Shown: positions 1 through 13,660, numbered from the stretch's first letter. The stretch is DNA of 64,000 nt from Raillietiella orientalis (GCA_036172245.1 JAYWIR010000034.1:496001-560000), one strand, 5' to 3'. Numbers and translations: made by a program. Notes: a model not told the origin generated them from the sequence alone.

Positions 1-3000
1 AAATCGAGGGATAAAATGAAATGTCAAATTGCATCAAAGGGGAACAAGTGAATTCTTCTTTTTGGTTTCGATCAGTGGACGAGGCATATCGGAAATAGGT
101 GGAGTCAAGAGATCAATAATTCAGGAAGCAGCGCCCGAGAAAGAGTTTCTCTTCTTGCGACTGTAACTGAAGTTTGTTGGGGATCTCCTCGAATTCTGTG
201 GGGATAAGGAACGCTTAGGAAATGCTGAAGTTATTACGTGGATGGCGAAACGTTTTCGTTAAGATTCGAAGCGGCGCACAGTCGTGGGCAACTCTCGGAC
301 TGCGCCTCAGATATCTGTAATTCGACAAGAAAGAAGGGGAATGGCATGTGCTATGCGATTCCGGAAACCTCATCTGAGCAAGGCATTAAGAATTGTCATT
401 CAGTGGTGCAATCCTCCCATTAAATTGCCAAGGAAAGGTTTCTATCTTTAGTCGGCGTGCTCAGCAATATCCTGAACCAAAGAATGAGAAGTTTTTGTAT
501 TTAGGCAATAACTTTTATAACGGTAGTGCGTTTCACTTCTATTTACTTAGCCGCATGCTAATCAGGACTGGAATGCATTTTTGAAGCTCCAGAGCATATT
601 CTGTAATCCTAAGAGAGCTGCCTATATATATTTTGTGATTAGTACATGATATCATAACGAGGAATTAATCATGTTGAAAATGCTAATGCTCGAACAGTGC
701 AAGTAGGAAACAAACCTTGTTTTCATGGGCACCCTTTTTCACGTGCTCTCCTACTATGTCTTTTTTTTTTTTTGTTTTACGAGAGAAAAAGGCGGAGGAT
801 TTTCCTGAGAACACCAACTTCCTAAACTCGAGATCCGCATTCCTGTCATCCTAATGAGTAGCCCGACTGTGGCAAGTCCATGCAATGAGCGCATGCCGTT
901 TTTCATTTGTCACTGTGGGTGAAGGTAACGTTATGCTGCTGATTTGGCACGAGCCTTCCAAGGATTCGACCCAGATCTCTAGCATGTCGCTGCCACAGAA
1001 ACATGTTTAGGGTTTCAAGTGGTAGACCCAAGCTCCTGAAACCACGTAAAGGGTGAAGGCGGTAACTTCTAATTTCTTGATGTCAGTCCAGAACAAACAC
1101 AAACTATCTAAATCGTTTATCTTAGAGGATCCTAAACCCTTTCGTTGCTTCCGAAAAATTAGGAGTCTCGTCGCCGTTGCGAGCAAAGTAAGAGCACAAT
1201 CATTCTTCTACGAATTCGAAGTCAAGGCTGTTTTGGAATCACAAGTAAAAGTCGCCTCCGGAGAAAAACTTTTAGCAGGTGATCTTGACTTGCATTTTCC
1301 GATTTAACATCCCAAGTACGCTGGGCTTTCTAATTCTTCCTTGACTAATTACACTTAAATAGAACGAAGACGCATCAAATGACTGTGCGATTACTCACTG
1401 ATTGCACAAATCCATGGCAGCTGGTTCCCCATGTGCGATGCACGCAGCAAATTTGTTTTCTAAGAATTCTGAACACTTCAGGACACAGATGCAGCTGTTC
1501 GCCGTCTCTTCCTGGTGGTGCTGTGTGGTTCTCCTGTTTCCGATGAAAGCTCTGAATGTGTGTAGTTTAGGTACAGACGAAAAGGCTTTCCTAATATAAC
1601 GGATGAATTTTCCCAACTTCTTGTCCGGAACCATCACAAAAAATCTCGCTCCCATTCTTAGGTACTAAAATCCTGTTTTATTATTTGAATGATTTTTTTT
1701 TTCTCCTCGTAATACTTCTTGAGACAATGCGACTTGCTTGGTATTTCAGTAGGGTCTGCAATCGAAATCCAGCATGTACCTCAAAAAGTTCCGGGTTCCT
1801 TGATTTTCAGAATGTTACACTTCAGGGTGCCATTTAGCTTCTATCTTTCAATTCACTTTATTTTATTTTGACTTCCAGAACGTTCGACATTATGTATTTC
1901 TTTTTTCGATTCGTCAGCTTTTCTTCATCACCTTTATCAAGGCTTCTTCTTTTCCTCATTTCACTATGGACCTATGCATATGATCCGTGCGTTGTAGCAA
2001 TAGGGATACTCTAAAAAGATCGGGCAAGGCATTTGATAGCTAACAAAGAAATGCTATTTTCCCATTGAACACGTTATAAGAATTTTTTAATGCAAAGACA
2101 TCGATTTCTCTCACGCAAATGAACTCGAAAGCCGAGCAAATCATCCATGTGAGTGGACAAAATACATTTCCGTACGGGTGATTCCTAAGAAATGTACAAA
2201 CTTTCTCCAAAGCACATAACTCAAGACGCAAGTGCTTACTCAAACAGGTAGTTGACTGAGCAGTACAGGATGGGAGAGAAGGAAACCCGCGAGGCGTGAT
2301 AGGAAAGCGTAGAGAAATCACCTGACCAGAGAAACAGAATTCAGAATCAATTAGGTCAAAACACCGAGGATGGTGCTTTGCTTGAATTTTCTTCTTAGAA
2401 AAGTGAGCTTTCCGTTCCTTAGCCTAATGAGGAGCACTTCGGAGATTCCGATAGCAAGGACTAAGAATCCTAAGATCAGGAATGCAGCCTGCAGATCTCT
2501 CTAATTATTTCCAAACGTCACTGACGTAAGCAAGCACCTGATAACAAAGTGGACTGTACACATCTCCCTCAAACAGGCTATGCTTTGAGTGAGCGAGAGT
2601 GATCTCCTTGTTCCAAATAGGAAAACTCCAAATAATTCGATGTAAAAGGAATGCAAGCAGACTGGAATGCACTACCCATTCATCTATCTCGAGCGCTTTT
2701 CCTTTTACACTCCATCATCAAAGTCATCCACTGGAAAATTCCTGCATCCTGGAAATCATATAGAATTCTCCTGATTCCATTGCATACTGTTGTACAGTCG
2801 ATACGATTTCGGGCAAGTCCACGCTTTGCCATTGAGAAGTGCATTCGGTACGTAACAGCGTGGAACTACAGGAACAACTGAATACAATCTTCGTAGGGGG
2901 TGAACTAAAAATCATTGCATTTGATGATGCCTTGAATTAACTGAGATGGAATTGCGTTCTGTAAGGAATTGATTTAAAGATGAGTTCATGTTTCGCTTGA

Positions 3001-4499
3001 GCACTAAATTCTTCGGTCTCGAATCTCCGTACTTACGGCACCATTCGGCTGTAAAGATTTTCCGTCTTTTCTTTTTTACCTGAAGATTATGGGCAAAACA
3101 CATGCCCTAGAAAAGGAAATCACCCTAGAAAAGAAAGATGAAAACTGTATTACGAGTTCTCTGAACGAGAATCGATAAGCATGCACTACTACATAAACAC
3201 ATCTTTCTGTTTGGCAGCAGCATCATGCATCTGAAGCCCGGGTAGGCATTCATTTTCCCTTTTCCTTTTGGAGTACTCTTGCTTTTGACGAACAGAGGTC
3301 TACAGACAAATCTGGACGATTCCGTGTCGAGAAAACTGAAGAAATGGAGCCCACTGATGCTGAAGAAAAGATATAAGAAACTGAGGAATCAGAAGTCATG
3401 TGCCATTTTCAGAGAACTGTGAGTTAGCATGCTGACCATGTAAAAATCTAATTATGAGTTCAGCGAGAACAGCGCCCAAGTTCACAAAAGAGATTCGAAA
3501 GAGGTAAAAGTCGTACGGTGATTTCAACCACTGATCATATTACTGGCATCAATGAGCTGAGAGCAGCTTTGGGAAAAGGCAGACAGAAGTTACGAACAGC
3601 CATTTAGAATGAGGAGGCACATCAACAAAGGGAGATTGTGAAGAAAAAGGAAAAGTAATCCTTTGTGTAACCTCTCACTTAGATATGCAAATGGTTTAAT
3701 TGCAGGTGTCAAAAACTAAGGGTTATCCAGCCTTCAATCTGCGCAGCTAAGATTATTGATTTCCATTAAAAGTCTTGTATCTCACACTTTCACTCTACAG
3801 AACAAAGCAAAGCAAAAAACTGTCCAAAAAAGCTATCCAGCATTCGTTCACTTATCAAGGATCTCTGCACCATCATCAGGAGACCACTCTCGCTGTGGTC
3901 CTCTATGAACTTTCTTCAATGGTCTTCCCAGTTTTAGCGGTTTTACTGGGTACAAAATGGAACGTTTGGAGACGTGTTGAAGAACCTATCCGAAAGGGTA
4001 TCCCGGCATCTTTGAATTTCCGAAAGACAATCACTTCAGGTAGGCAGCCAGGAAATGATAGACACTTCGACATCAACCCAGGTACGGAGCCTCGACAGTC
4101 CACAACTACGCAGTGACACAAGGACGATGTGACATCTTAACCAGCAACCAAGGAGCATGCGCTGCATCGTCGTAGTAACCTGAACTCGTCATCAAAAAAG
4201 GTACCTGTGACATCGCAACCACGGGAACTGCTCATATGAGAGCTCAGCAGCAGCGATCAAGAAGCCCACTGAAGGAAAAAAAACGAAATATTGAAAACAG
4301 ACACTTTCTTCACACCCTCAACAGAAACCAAGCGTGAGGATGTGCGCATCCAGTCGAGTGATTGGGACAAAAAGATGACAAGACGGCGATATTTCTTCAA
4401 TTCCAAAGGCGTAGGTCAAACAGCTCTTTCGTTCAACGCGCCGGCAAGCACATCTTACGAACAAGCGAACGAACGCAGAGCTATGCAAGTTGGTTATCA

Positions 4500-6763
4500 G
4501 AAGAAGACCACGGAGCTATGAACACGTGCGACACTCAAAATTCATTGAGCAGCCTCCGTGCCACAGCGGAAAAGTCCGATCCTCGAAAAGCGAATGCGTC
4601 CCACAAAACCTCCAAAGCTGCCTCAACAAGGTGGCGTCGGCCGCCTGCGCTGCAGACCGAGAATAGCTTCCCTCTTCCTTCAAGCGAAAAAAGCACTCAT
4701 CTCCCTTCTGACACCGCTGTCTCGGGATGGAAGCCGAGGAAGATACGTTAGGTGAGAACATCAGAGCGGAAATCTCGAACATGCGCAGCGGTCAACGCCG
4801 CTACCATGGCCTGTGCCACGGAAGACATCGCTCGCTCGCACGTCGCACCTCGAGCGTTCTGCAGTAAGCGCGCCGCGGGACGACCGTAACGACCAGCTGC
4901 AGCTACGGCGATCAGAAAAGGAACGACGACTCTGAAGACCTCGGCGCGAGCGAGGAATCCGCATCCCGTCTCCCGAACGCGTGATTCCCGACGTCGGGGA
5001 AGATCCAGAAGCAGCTTCCGAGGGATGCGAAACCACGCGGAACGGCGGAGCCGTCCTACTTCCGGGTGCAAAGCACCAAGACCAAAGACAAGCACCGGAA
5101 ACAAAACAAGAAGAGCAAAAAAGAAACGACCGGACAATCTAGAAGCGTTCAGCTGCTGCGCTCTCGGAGATTGGCACCGGACAGCGTCCGGAAGGTTAAG
5201 CCACCGCTAGGAGCACGGCGCTTCGTGGCAGGAGGCCGCGTCCGCTGCCTGCCAGGCGATCCGGCCTTTGCCTCGCACCTCCAGCAAGGAAGCGAGGATT
5301 CCGCTTCCTGCGCCGATCGCCAGCGAGGGGCTTTCAGCAGAGATCGGACGGACTGCAAACACGAAAGAGTCTTGCCAGAGGGAGCGCGCTCGTGCTCCCT
5401 ACCAGAACCCGTTCGTCTTCCTTCTGGGCTTTCCACGGCTGGGTGCCCAGGCTGTCAGTGAAGCTTCAAGCAACGTCATCGCCCGCTGGCGCGGCTGCGG
5501 CCGGTCTCGTCAGCGCGCCCTCTTTTCGGTGTCGCCTTCGGTGGACGAAACGGCGCGCCGGTTGCGTGACGCCTCGAGAGGGGACATGGAGCCTGGACGA
5601 GAGGAAGTGTGGAGTCTTCACGAAAGCCTGCCACCGGGCCGGGGAGGAAAAGACCGGAATCGGCATCGCTCGTCGAGTTGCCAAGAGATGCTGTGCAGCC
5701 AAGCTGCGAGAGAGCAGACGGGGCATGCGCTCCGGTGACGCTGGGTACAGGATGTCTCTGCCAGGTGTCGGGATCCAATGCAGCCACGGAAGCGGAGAAC
5801 TCGGAGGAGCGGCACGCCGCGAACGCAGCAGCTTCTTTTTGCACCAACGGGAGTCAGGAAGATCTCGACTTGCAACGAGGGGGACTCGGAGGTGGACGCA
5901 GGGCAAAGACGACTTCCGGACGAGATGTTGAGGAGCGAGCAGAAGACGGGAAGAAGTCGGCTGTAGAGAGAGGTGTTTACGGATGGAGGACACCCGGATT
6001 CACCGTCAGAAGGGTCGATCACTCGCTTCGCCCTACGGCTGAATTCCTCGCTGGCCCATCGCGCTCCCCGTAAAAACCTCTCCTGGGGTCACGCCGCCGC
6101 CTTCCGCACTCCGACGCGATGAAGTGACGCGGCTCGCATGCAGGCGGAGGAAAGTCGTGCGGCGGCCTCCGTCGAGCAGAGAAGCGGATGCCGGCATGAG
6201 CGGCGAGCCGGCGAGTCCTCTGGCAGGTCGCCTCTTCCAAGGCGGGATTCCCCCTTCTTGTTCCTTCCTTCCTTGTCGCAAAGGTCGCCTACTCGAGGAC
6301 GCCAGGAGTGCGAAGGGGAAAGGACGACGGGTGGCTGGCTTCCTTGGGGAATGGTTGACGCGTGCAGCGTGAGGGAAGTCTCTGAGACTCGGGAACGTTA
6401 GGACTGCTGCGGCACGTACCGGGACGAGATGCAAGCGAGGTTAGCGAGAACAAGGAAACCGACGCGTGGGGATCGTCTTGGAAACGGGCGGAGGCTTACC
6501 TCATCTGTTGGTTGTGTATGCGGCAAATGTCGTCGTAGTTGTGGTAGAACGCTTGGAAGAGGAGGAGGTTCTCCAGCCACTCGATGTGCACCTTGAAGTG
6601 CTTCCGGTCGTCCAGGTACAGACTTTCGTTCTTCATGAACTGCAATGCGAGCCATCTTTAGGGCGCTGCTGCCAGTCGACAGGATTCCGCCCCGAATGTT
6701 AGCCCGCCAGCGGATGCCGCGTTCCCCTTCGGCGCGACTTCGCGAGAGGATCGGAACGGGAAG
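4500..6763. repeat. Left arm of 2,264-bp inverted repeat (partner 59340-61603)
   Basis: All ORFs mirror those at 59.4-61.6 kb with coordinate sum 66103. Differences seen only at 4530, 5502, 5512, 5526 and 6756. Confidence 0.98.
6500..6639 (-). CDS. Coding exon 3 of the MATH-like gene FMKNESLYLDDRKHFKVHIEWLENLLLFQAFYHNYDDICRIHNQQM(R)
   Basis: Acceptor GCATTGCAG|TTC and donor ATGAG|GTAAGC. 140 nt, phase 0 in (matches exon 2), phase 2 out, no stops. YLDD..FKVHIEW resembles the last MATH strand. Strong codon bias (40/46 codons end in G/C). Not in the ORF track because it is short. Confidence 0.85.
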
Positions 6764-9220
6764 AGAACGTGTTCCGAGTCCCTGTAGGTGTTCATGCTGC
6801 CCCTCCTACTAGCCGCTCATCTCTCTCAAACTCGCATTTTCGTGACGCCTGGTCCACGCGAGTAGCTACTCGCATCGTTCTTTAACATGAAGCGGTGCCT
6901 GCAAGGCACCTCATGGAAGCTGAAGGCGGATATTCCCATGTTTAAGGGAATATGCGTCTTTCGTCTGCAGACGTAGAAGGTCAAGATAATCTGACACTTT
7001 TAGGTTTTCTGACGAGGCGAGTTTCGGAGGGTGTTCTGCTATTCGGACGAAACGAAATGAAAACTGACAGCATCACTCTCTCGCATCATCGGTTTCTGAT
7101 TCTTGCTCGGTCTTTTCGATTAACGCTCAACAGAGTCCAGAAAAGTTCTTTCTGAAGCAAATCCACCCTGCTACAAGGGAAACCCTTCACAGCTAGCACT
7201 TTTTCCGAGCATTGAGCAAGATTTCGTTCATTTTGGTTAACCGACGTCCATGGTGTAATCCTCACCGTTGTGTGAAAGTTTAAATTTTATATTCCTATTT
7301 ATATATTTCGTTTTTCACTGTGAGTCTCTAAAACCTTCAATGTGTTTTTTCCACGTAAGACTTCAAAACACGAACACGCACTTTTTTCCACATGTGCCTC
7401 AGCTGTGTTTTTCGCATCCCGAACGGATTAGCTGGACTTCATGTTGCTGTTCCCCTTCCTTTTTTCCTTTCAGATTGGCAGAAGCATCATCGGTTTTGTC
7501 ATTCTAAAAATAAAAAATTCTTTTCCTTCGAGCCCTTCCAGGTTTTGAAATTCATTCATCATCCTCCTACTAGCTGCATACTCCGAAAGGCGCGCGTTAA
7601 GATGCCTACTAGCTGACATTGATCCGAATGAAGGAAATTCGTACCGGTTCCCCAAGCGAAAGAGAGTATTGATCACTTCGGAGAATGGTGGAGCCGCAGC
7701 TTACAGAATACCGACTCCTGTAGCAGCATGGCATCAATACGAAGAGACTTTATTTCACTGAAGAAAAGAAAGACTCTCCCAACGCGTCCAAGCAACTTGT
7801 GCCTTTCCTCAGACAACTTTGATGCTACATCTCAAACACTAATAACGACTGGATTTCTGTACCGGTTCCTGCAAGATGCATGCACGCTGAGGCATCCCCA
7901 TGCATCCTGAATCTCTTCTCCAGTTCTGTCATCGAGATGCGAATGCCATGATCTCGTTGCCGATCAGCGCTCAGTGTGCGCTGTGAAAGACCTGGCGTCT
8001 CTTTGCAACCGCATCCTCTGCTGTTGCAAGGAGGCGCACAAAGAGCTGATGGTTCGTGTGTCGTCAAGGCAATCTTCGAAGCAGCGGGAAAGAAGAGCGA
8101 GAGTGACAGAAATCGGAAGGTTTGATCTCATCTCTCCACAGGTCGCACTCCTGGAACTTCCCGATCTTCCCGAATTTCCTTACTTTTGTAGACCAGCATC
8201 AAGCTCCAAAATTCCTATTGTTTCGACTTTACAAATCCCATGCAGCACTGTACGATACGGAAAAAGTTCACGGAGACATTGATTTTCTGCACTCAATGTG
8301 ATCCCATAGTAAAGTTGTTCTGCCCTCTCCTCCCTTCCTCTCTTCCTTTCTTTTCTCTTCGCGGAATTCCTGACTTCCTAGGAAGTTTACAACGTTTGGT
8401 TGTATAGACGCAATGTTTGGAGCAGGATGAATACAGAATTCCCAGGGTCATCGTTGACTTTCCAAGCTGAACTGACTCGAATTAACACAGATGGTTAGTT
8501 AACATCCTTCTTGTGGCTTCCGATTACTAAAAGGGTTCATTTTTATTGTGGTCTTTTTTTTACCAATGAGAAATGTTCGGGTCAGGGGCGGTTACCGGGA
8601 AATTTCCCATGCTGGTGTTTCCTACTTCTTCTCATGGCATCCTTTCAGCAAGCCTTTCTCCAAAAATTCCGCTAGCAGTCTTTCGCGTTGAGATAGGAGA
8701 AACTCCAGAGAGCACTTTGATCTCCTGGAATCATTAGGATGTGCATGTCTCACCATAATCCTGGTACCGGAGCCATGCATTAGAAGCGCGTTGAATACAA
8801 CAAATAAATTGATACGAGCACAATGGCGCACGCACATGCACGCGCAATGAGACGATTCCGAACGATCATTTCATGTGTTTTTCAAAATGCTTTTGACACC
8901 AAAGAAAACAAACTGAGATAAATCAATATGTACAGCTTTCCTCTTCCCCTCCCCCCCCCCCCCCTTCGAAAGGGAGTCCTCGTCGTTTCGGATATTTTCC
9001 CAGTTTGGCATTTCATTGGTTATTCAGACTGGTTTTTCTTCCAAATTCCCAGGTTCCCATAAATCTGATAAGAGATAAATAAACGAATACGAGAACATGC
9101 GTGATAAAGAGCGATCTATGAAACGAGTCACGCGCGACCACGTGTCCGCATAATGAAAACGGAGCTGCTGCACACTTGCGTCATGCAAATGATTTCATTC
9201 ATAACACAAATGGATTCTAC
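6640..9220 (-). other. Intron between coding exons 2 and 3 (2.6 kb, GT-AG, phase 0)
   Basis: GT at 9220-9219 and AG at 6641-6640 on the minus strand; junction reads SAE|FMK. Confidence 0.8.
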
Positions 9221-9374
9221 CTCTGCAGAGACAATGTCAGTTTCCATGATCACACCTTCGTCTACGTCATCCTGGGGATAGTACTTGCTGTAGCTAAGGT
9301 GCTTCGTCCTCACAGCATGCAGCCGGGAAGAATTCGGGTACCTCTTCAGTACGTATGCGTACCAATGTACGTGC
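9221..9374 (-). CDS. Coding exon 2 of the MATH-like gene (R)HVHWYAYVLKRYPNSSRLHAVRTKHLSYSKYYPQDDVDEGVIMETDIVSAE
   Basis: Acceptor TCTCGTTATTGCAG|G and donor GAG|GTAGAA. 154 nt = 1 nt completing the AG|G Arg codon of exon 1 plus 51 codons (phase 2 in, phase 0 out). Continues the third MATH-like repeat (PRNHLR-HVHWYAYVL). Confidence 0.85.
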
Positions 9375-11499
9375 CTGCAATAACGAGACACTAGATATTA
9401 AAGCACCACCGAATGACGTCCGCAGCTGCCGCTACTATAGTGCTCTAAGCGCGTTCTAAGGCTACAAGCTCTTCATGAAGCGGCCATGGGGATGTCTTGG
9501 AATGCAGGCTATGAACGAACCTCAAGTCTTGTAGAATCTCGCTGACCTTTGCAGAACATCTCGAGAAATATGAGGAAAACAGAACAAATCTTCTTCTGAA
9601 GGACATTCGCAGAAATGTGGATAGGCGAGTGAAGGAAAACACTTTCGGCACCAGAAGTCCGAATTAAAGAGACGTCAGGAAGATAAGGGATGAACTAAAG
9701 TCAAACTTTGGAAAGGAGCAGCGAGTCCTTTCTCTTACAGGAGAGGGAAAGGAATGACTGGAAACGAGGAAATCCTCAACACATCAAAGAAAAAATAAGG
9801 CGTAGCTCTTTTTTGATGGCCTCACCGAATGATGCCCACTCACGGACTCGAACCTGCGTTTCGATGCTGCGCTTATGCATTATTTGCATCGCATGGGATG
9901 TCACTGTACATCTCATCAAGCCGTCTGCTGGCCTCAATAACGTAAGTCAGTTTAACTTCTAGCAGTACCAGTTGAAAAAGCCGTCGTACATGGAGGCAGT
10001 TCCAGTTTTATCTCATGAGATCTAAAGTTTGTCTTGTGAACAAAAACTGCTCCAAAAATTGGCAATGCGTTCTACATTCTGCAGGTACTTTCTGGGAAAG
10101 CATTCCTTACACGTTTCTGTAGCTGCCACTCGACACATGCTTTGAATACAAATGCTGTGAGAGTTGCACGAATTTTCCTTGCAAACTCTTGCTGTTTGCA
10201 TCTCATGATTCATCATCCTGTCACTGCAGATTTCATGATCCAAAACACTGCAGATGGTGCAAGTAGGTTGATTGTACTTTACGTAGCATATGACACATTA
10301 TCAGGACATGTTTTAACGTAAGCAGGTACTCATTAAGCTGGAACATTCCAGATGCAGGACCACAACAGGATGTCAGCATCCTGGCACCTCTGTATCAAGA
10401 AAACATTCTTGCAGAGAAATCATCTTCTCTCAGTCCCTCGACTATGCCACACTTTGGCATCAGTTCCTTGAAATCCGCCAAAGATCGCCTGACATTCACC
10501 CTAACTGGAAATTTCCTTTTGAATTTTCTTGCAATAAAGAATCTGCAATCCTAAGGCTGATCTTGCACACCCAAAACTGAAGCTGTCTTTGCTGCATCTC
10601 AAGAGTCGGAGGTGAGTACCAATTTCTCTTCTTTTCGGTAGCATAGCATCCCGGATTGCAAGATTTCGTCCCCTACTAAGCAAGAGCTGTTCTTTCTTCA
10701 AAAAAAAAAAAAAGCGCATTTCTCTCATTTCCTGCATAGCATCTTTCCCCCCAGTGTCTTCCATATGTTGCCTCGTTAGATCGACAGCACCAATCACAAG
10801 CATCTGCGATGCAGAGCTGGGAGTACCGAGCCATGAGCAGCAGTCTTGAAAGGAAGCAGCTTTGCACTGCCTCCTGTCCTTTAAGGGAACTCAAACTCAT
10901 AGCCCTCGTCGACTCTTTGAGATCTTCGACCCTCTGCTGACTTGCAGCACGTCGTTTAAAACAAAGATTGTAAGACCGGGGGGAAGGACGGATTTGGTGA
11001 CTCCTTAATGCCCGCGTTTGGCGGGAAGTTTGGTAAGGTGGGCCAAGTTCCGAACAAAAAGTTCGAGTCTTCTAAAAGTATCGCGTTTTCTCGTTTTGAC
11101 GTTATTCTGTTTTTCCCTCAGGGGAAAAGAATCTTTTATCCTGATCCGTTTTCGAGATTCACTTCTTCAGCTGGAAGTAATCCTGCAGCCCTTCGTTCAT
11201 CAAGTAGTTCCCTTCCCTCTGTTTTCTGCAGCCTCTTGGGGACAAGAAAAGATCACCCGGACTCTTCCTCTCGGCCTTTCTCCGAAATCTCTATGGCGAC
11301 AACACCATCACAATCCCGTTGTTCATCACCATTTCAGATATGTTCTTTACTTCCCAGTGATCCATCTATTACATAGACAGGTGTTCAGATCTCATCTCAT
11401 CCAGCTTCGTCGTTTCTGGAAGAGGGCTGGTCTGCAACACCGCTTAAGAGCAGGGACGTTCCTTGTTGAGGTAGACGCTTTGTCAGGCGGCTCACCTCT

Positions 11500-11676
11500 T
11501 CCGAGTTCTGACTCTCCACAAAGTGCAAGAGGTTCTGGTTCTTCCAATCCACCTCGATAAGATTCAGTCTCTTCAAAGCTATGGACCTGGTATTGCCATC
11601 GTCCGTTTGGTGCTCGACGGTTCCAGTCGTAAATTCTCCTTACCAAATACAACGAAGAGGATTCAGGTTGAGAATC
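11500..11676 (-). pseudogene. Possible decayed chromodomain-coding fragment inside intron 1
   Basis: YLVRRIYDWNRRAPNGRWQYQVH..EEPEPLALC resembles the chromodomain pattern YxVExIxxxRxxxGxxxYxVKW..WEPEENLxC. Key Trp residues are missing in frame, and there are stops upstream. Confidence 0.3.
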
Positions 11677-13660
11677 CCAGTTCCTCTTTCAGTCTCTGAA
11701 AACGGGAGCTCCGAACGAAGAGACACAGATTGGGTCTGATGATGACTCAACGAATCGCTACTCCATCTGATTGTCCATTCTTGTTCTCGGACTTTTTTCT
11801 AATGTATCTGCGGAGTTTCAGAGTCTTCCTTCTAACCAAGAAGAAGGAGCTGCAGTCTATCCTCCGAGAACTGGCGTCGAATGTTCGGCACTGTTCAGGA
11901 CTGCCTCTCATCCTTCTCGCTCCCGGAGTGAACCGTGCAATGCAGTGGATTTCGGTGTCTTCCGGTGTTTTTTCCGCTTGTGTGCCGTAGCTTTGTTTCC
12001 GAAGGCTTGCAAAGTCTCGGGACGGACTTTTTCGGATTCACGGCGTTTGCATTCGCTGGTCCAAAACACCAGGAACACCTTCAGCCTCGCAAAGCAAAGC
12101 CGCAAAAACAATCAGCATGACACCGATCCGTCAGCCTATGAGGAATTGGGAGCCAATGGAACCAACCAAACAACTCGCTGCTTATCACTGGCTTCCTCCG
12201 CTCTTGACTTCCTTGACATCAAGCATTTGATGGATGGGTACCAATATCCCTTTCTCACTCGCCTTCTTGCATCAGAATTTGAGAAAAAAAATAAATAATT
12301 CGTCTGCCGTGGGTCTGATCAGAGATGCAAGTCCGACCTCTGCGTTTGTTTAATTAATTAATTCCTTAGATTAATTCCTTTTCCCTCCGCAATTCCGCTC
12401 TCACTCTCCTGCTGAGCTTTCCGTCTTTGTAATCAAGTGACCGACCTTGCCCTCGTGAAATCAGCACCTACAGAATTCCAAACTCCAATGTGGAAGCACC
12501 TTTTCCGGAGGGGGTGTAACCTGGATGTTTTTTTTTTTTTTTTGCTCTCGTAAAAAATCCGACCCAGTTTCGTTTTCGTAGGTTTCCTCTGAGTGAGATG
12601 TACGGAAGTAATCTCTTAGAGGTTTTCTTTTAGAAATCTTCTGCGAAGAACGCCTGATAATCTGTTGACCTGATTGACCGTGCGCATCGGCAATATCTGA
12701 TTCCTCTCCATACACGAAACTCCAACCTTGCATTCCTGATCGATGATGGCAAGTGGGACGACGACTTCTCGGATCTCGGATCTTCTACGGGAAGACAGCC
12801 TTCTTGGATCTGAATATTTCGCTTTTCTTATCTTTCCGAAACTGACGAAGCATCAGTGTTTTAATTTTCTCTTGCGGGAACATTTGCATCCTATCCGATG
12901 ATCTTTTTGCTCTCAGGATGCATCTTGGGCAAGGGAAGGAAGGATCCAAGGACTCTCTCTGGACAAACACGAATGGGTTACACTGTGGATCCCCATTGCA
13001 TTCAAGAACCTGCCGTCAGCACACTTGAAGAAATCTGGAAATTCAAGCTTCAAGCATGAAGAAACTTGCCTGTAGAATACTTCAGGCTACTTCCTGCTCA
13101 TGCGGCCTCACCGTGCCCCCTCATCCCGAGAAATACGTTAGAAAAAGGGATCAATATTGCAAGCATGCACCAAACTGAAACCAAACTCAGCATCCGTTCT
13201 GCTGACACGGGTGGCGATGCTAAATAAAATTTGGTTTCAAACTTGGATGCTGCTTGGATGGACCCTGAGAACCGGGGACCAGAGAGCACTGGTGACACAA
13301 GAAAGAGAGTGCAGTGAGCTGGACGGGTGTCAAGTTAAGATTTCGGGTTTGTTCATTGGTACTTTTGAATTTTTCTGGTGACTGTAGCCAGAGAAAAGTA
13401 GTCATAAAACAAATTATGTGGTTTCTGCACCTGTAACGGGTAAGTATGTGGCATTTACAAGTGTAGTCTTGTCTCCATGGGACTGAAGATTCTCGGGTCA
13501 CAAAGCAGATCCTACCGCAAGTCTAAAGCCTTCCCCCCACTCAGTTCTCTTTAATTGTCATCGTGATTTCAATTTTTGGCAATCCCCTGCACTGTCGCCC
13601 TACCTTAACGCTCCTATCCCCTCTCACACTCACTTTTCATACCTATTTCATCATTATGAT

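Noticed and set aside
4362..6702. Dense overlapping 60-180 aa ORFs in both arms
   Set aside because: Arg/Ser/Pro/Ala-rich in all frames, as expected from stop-codon depletion at about 60% GC; only the 140-nt exon has splice sites and coding character.
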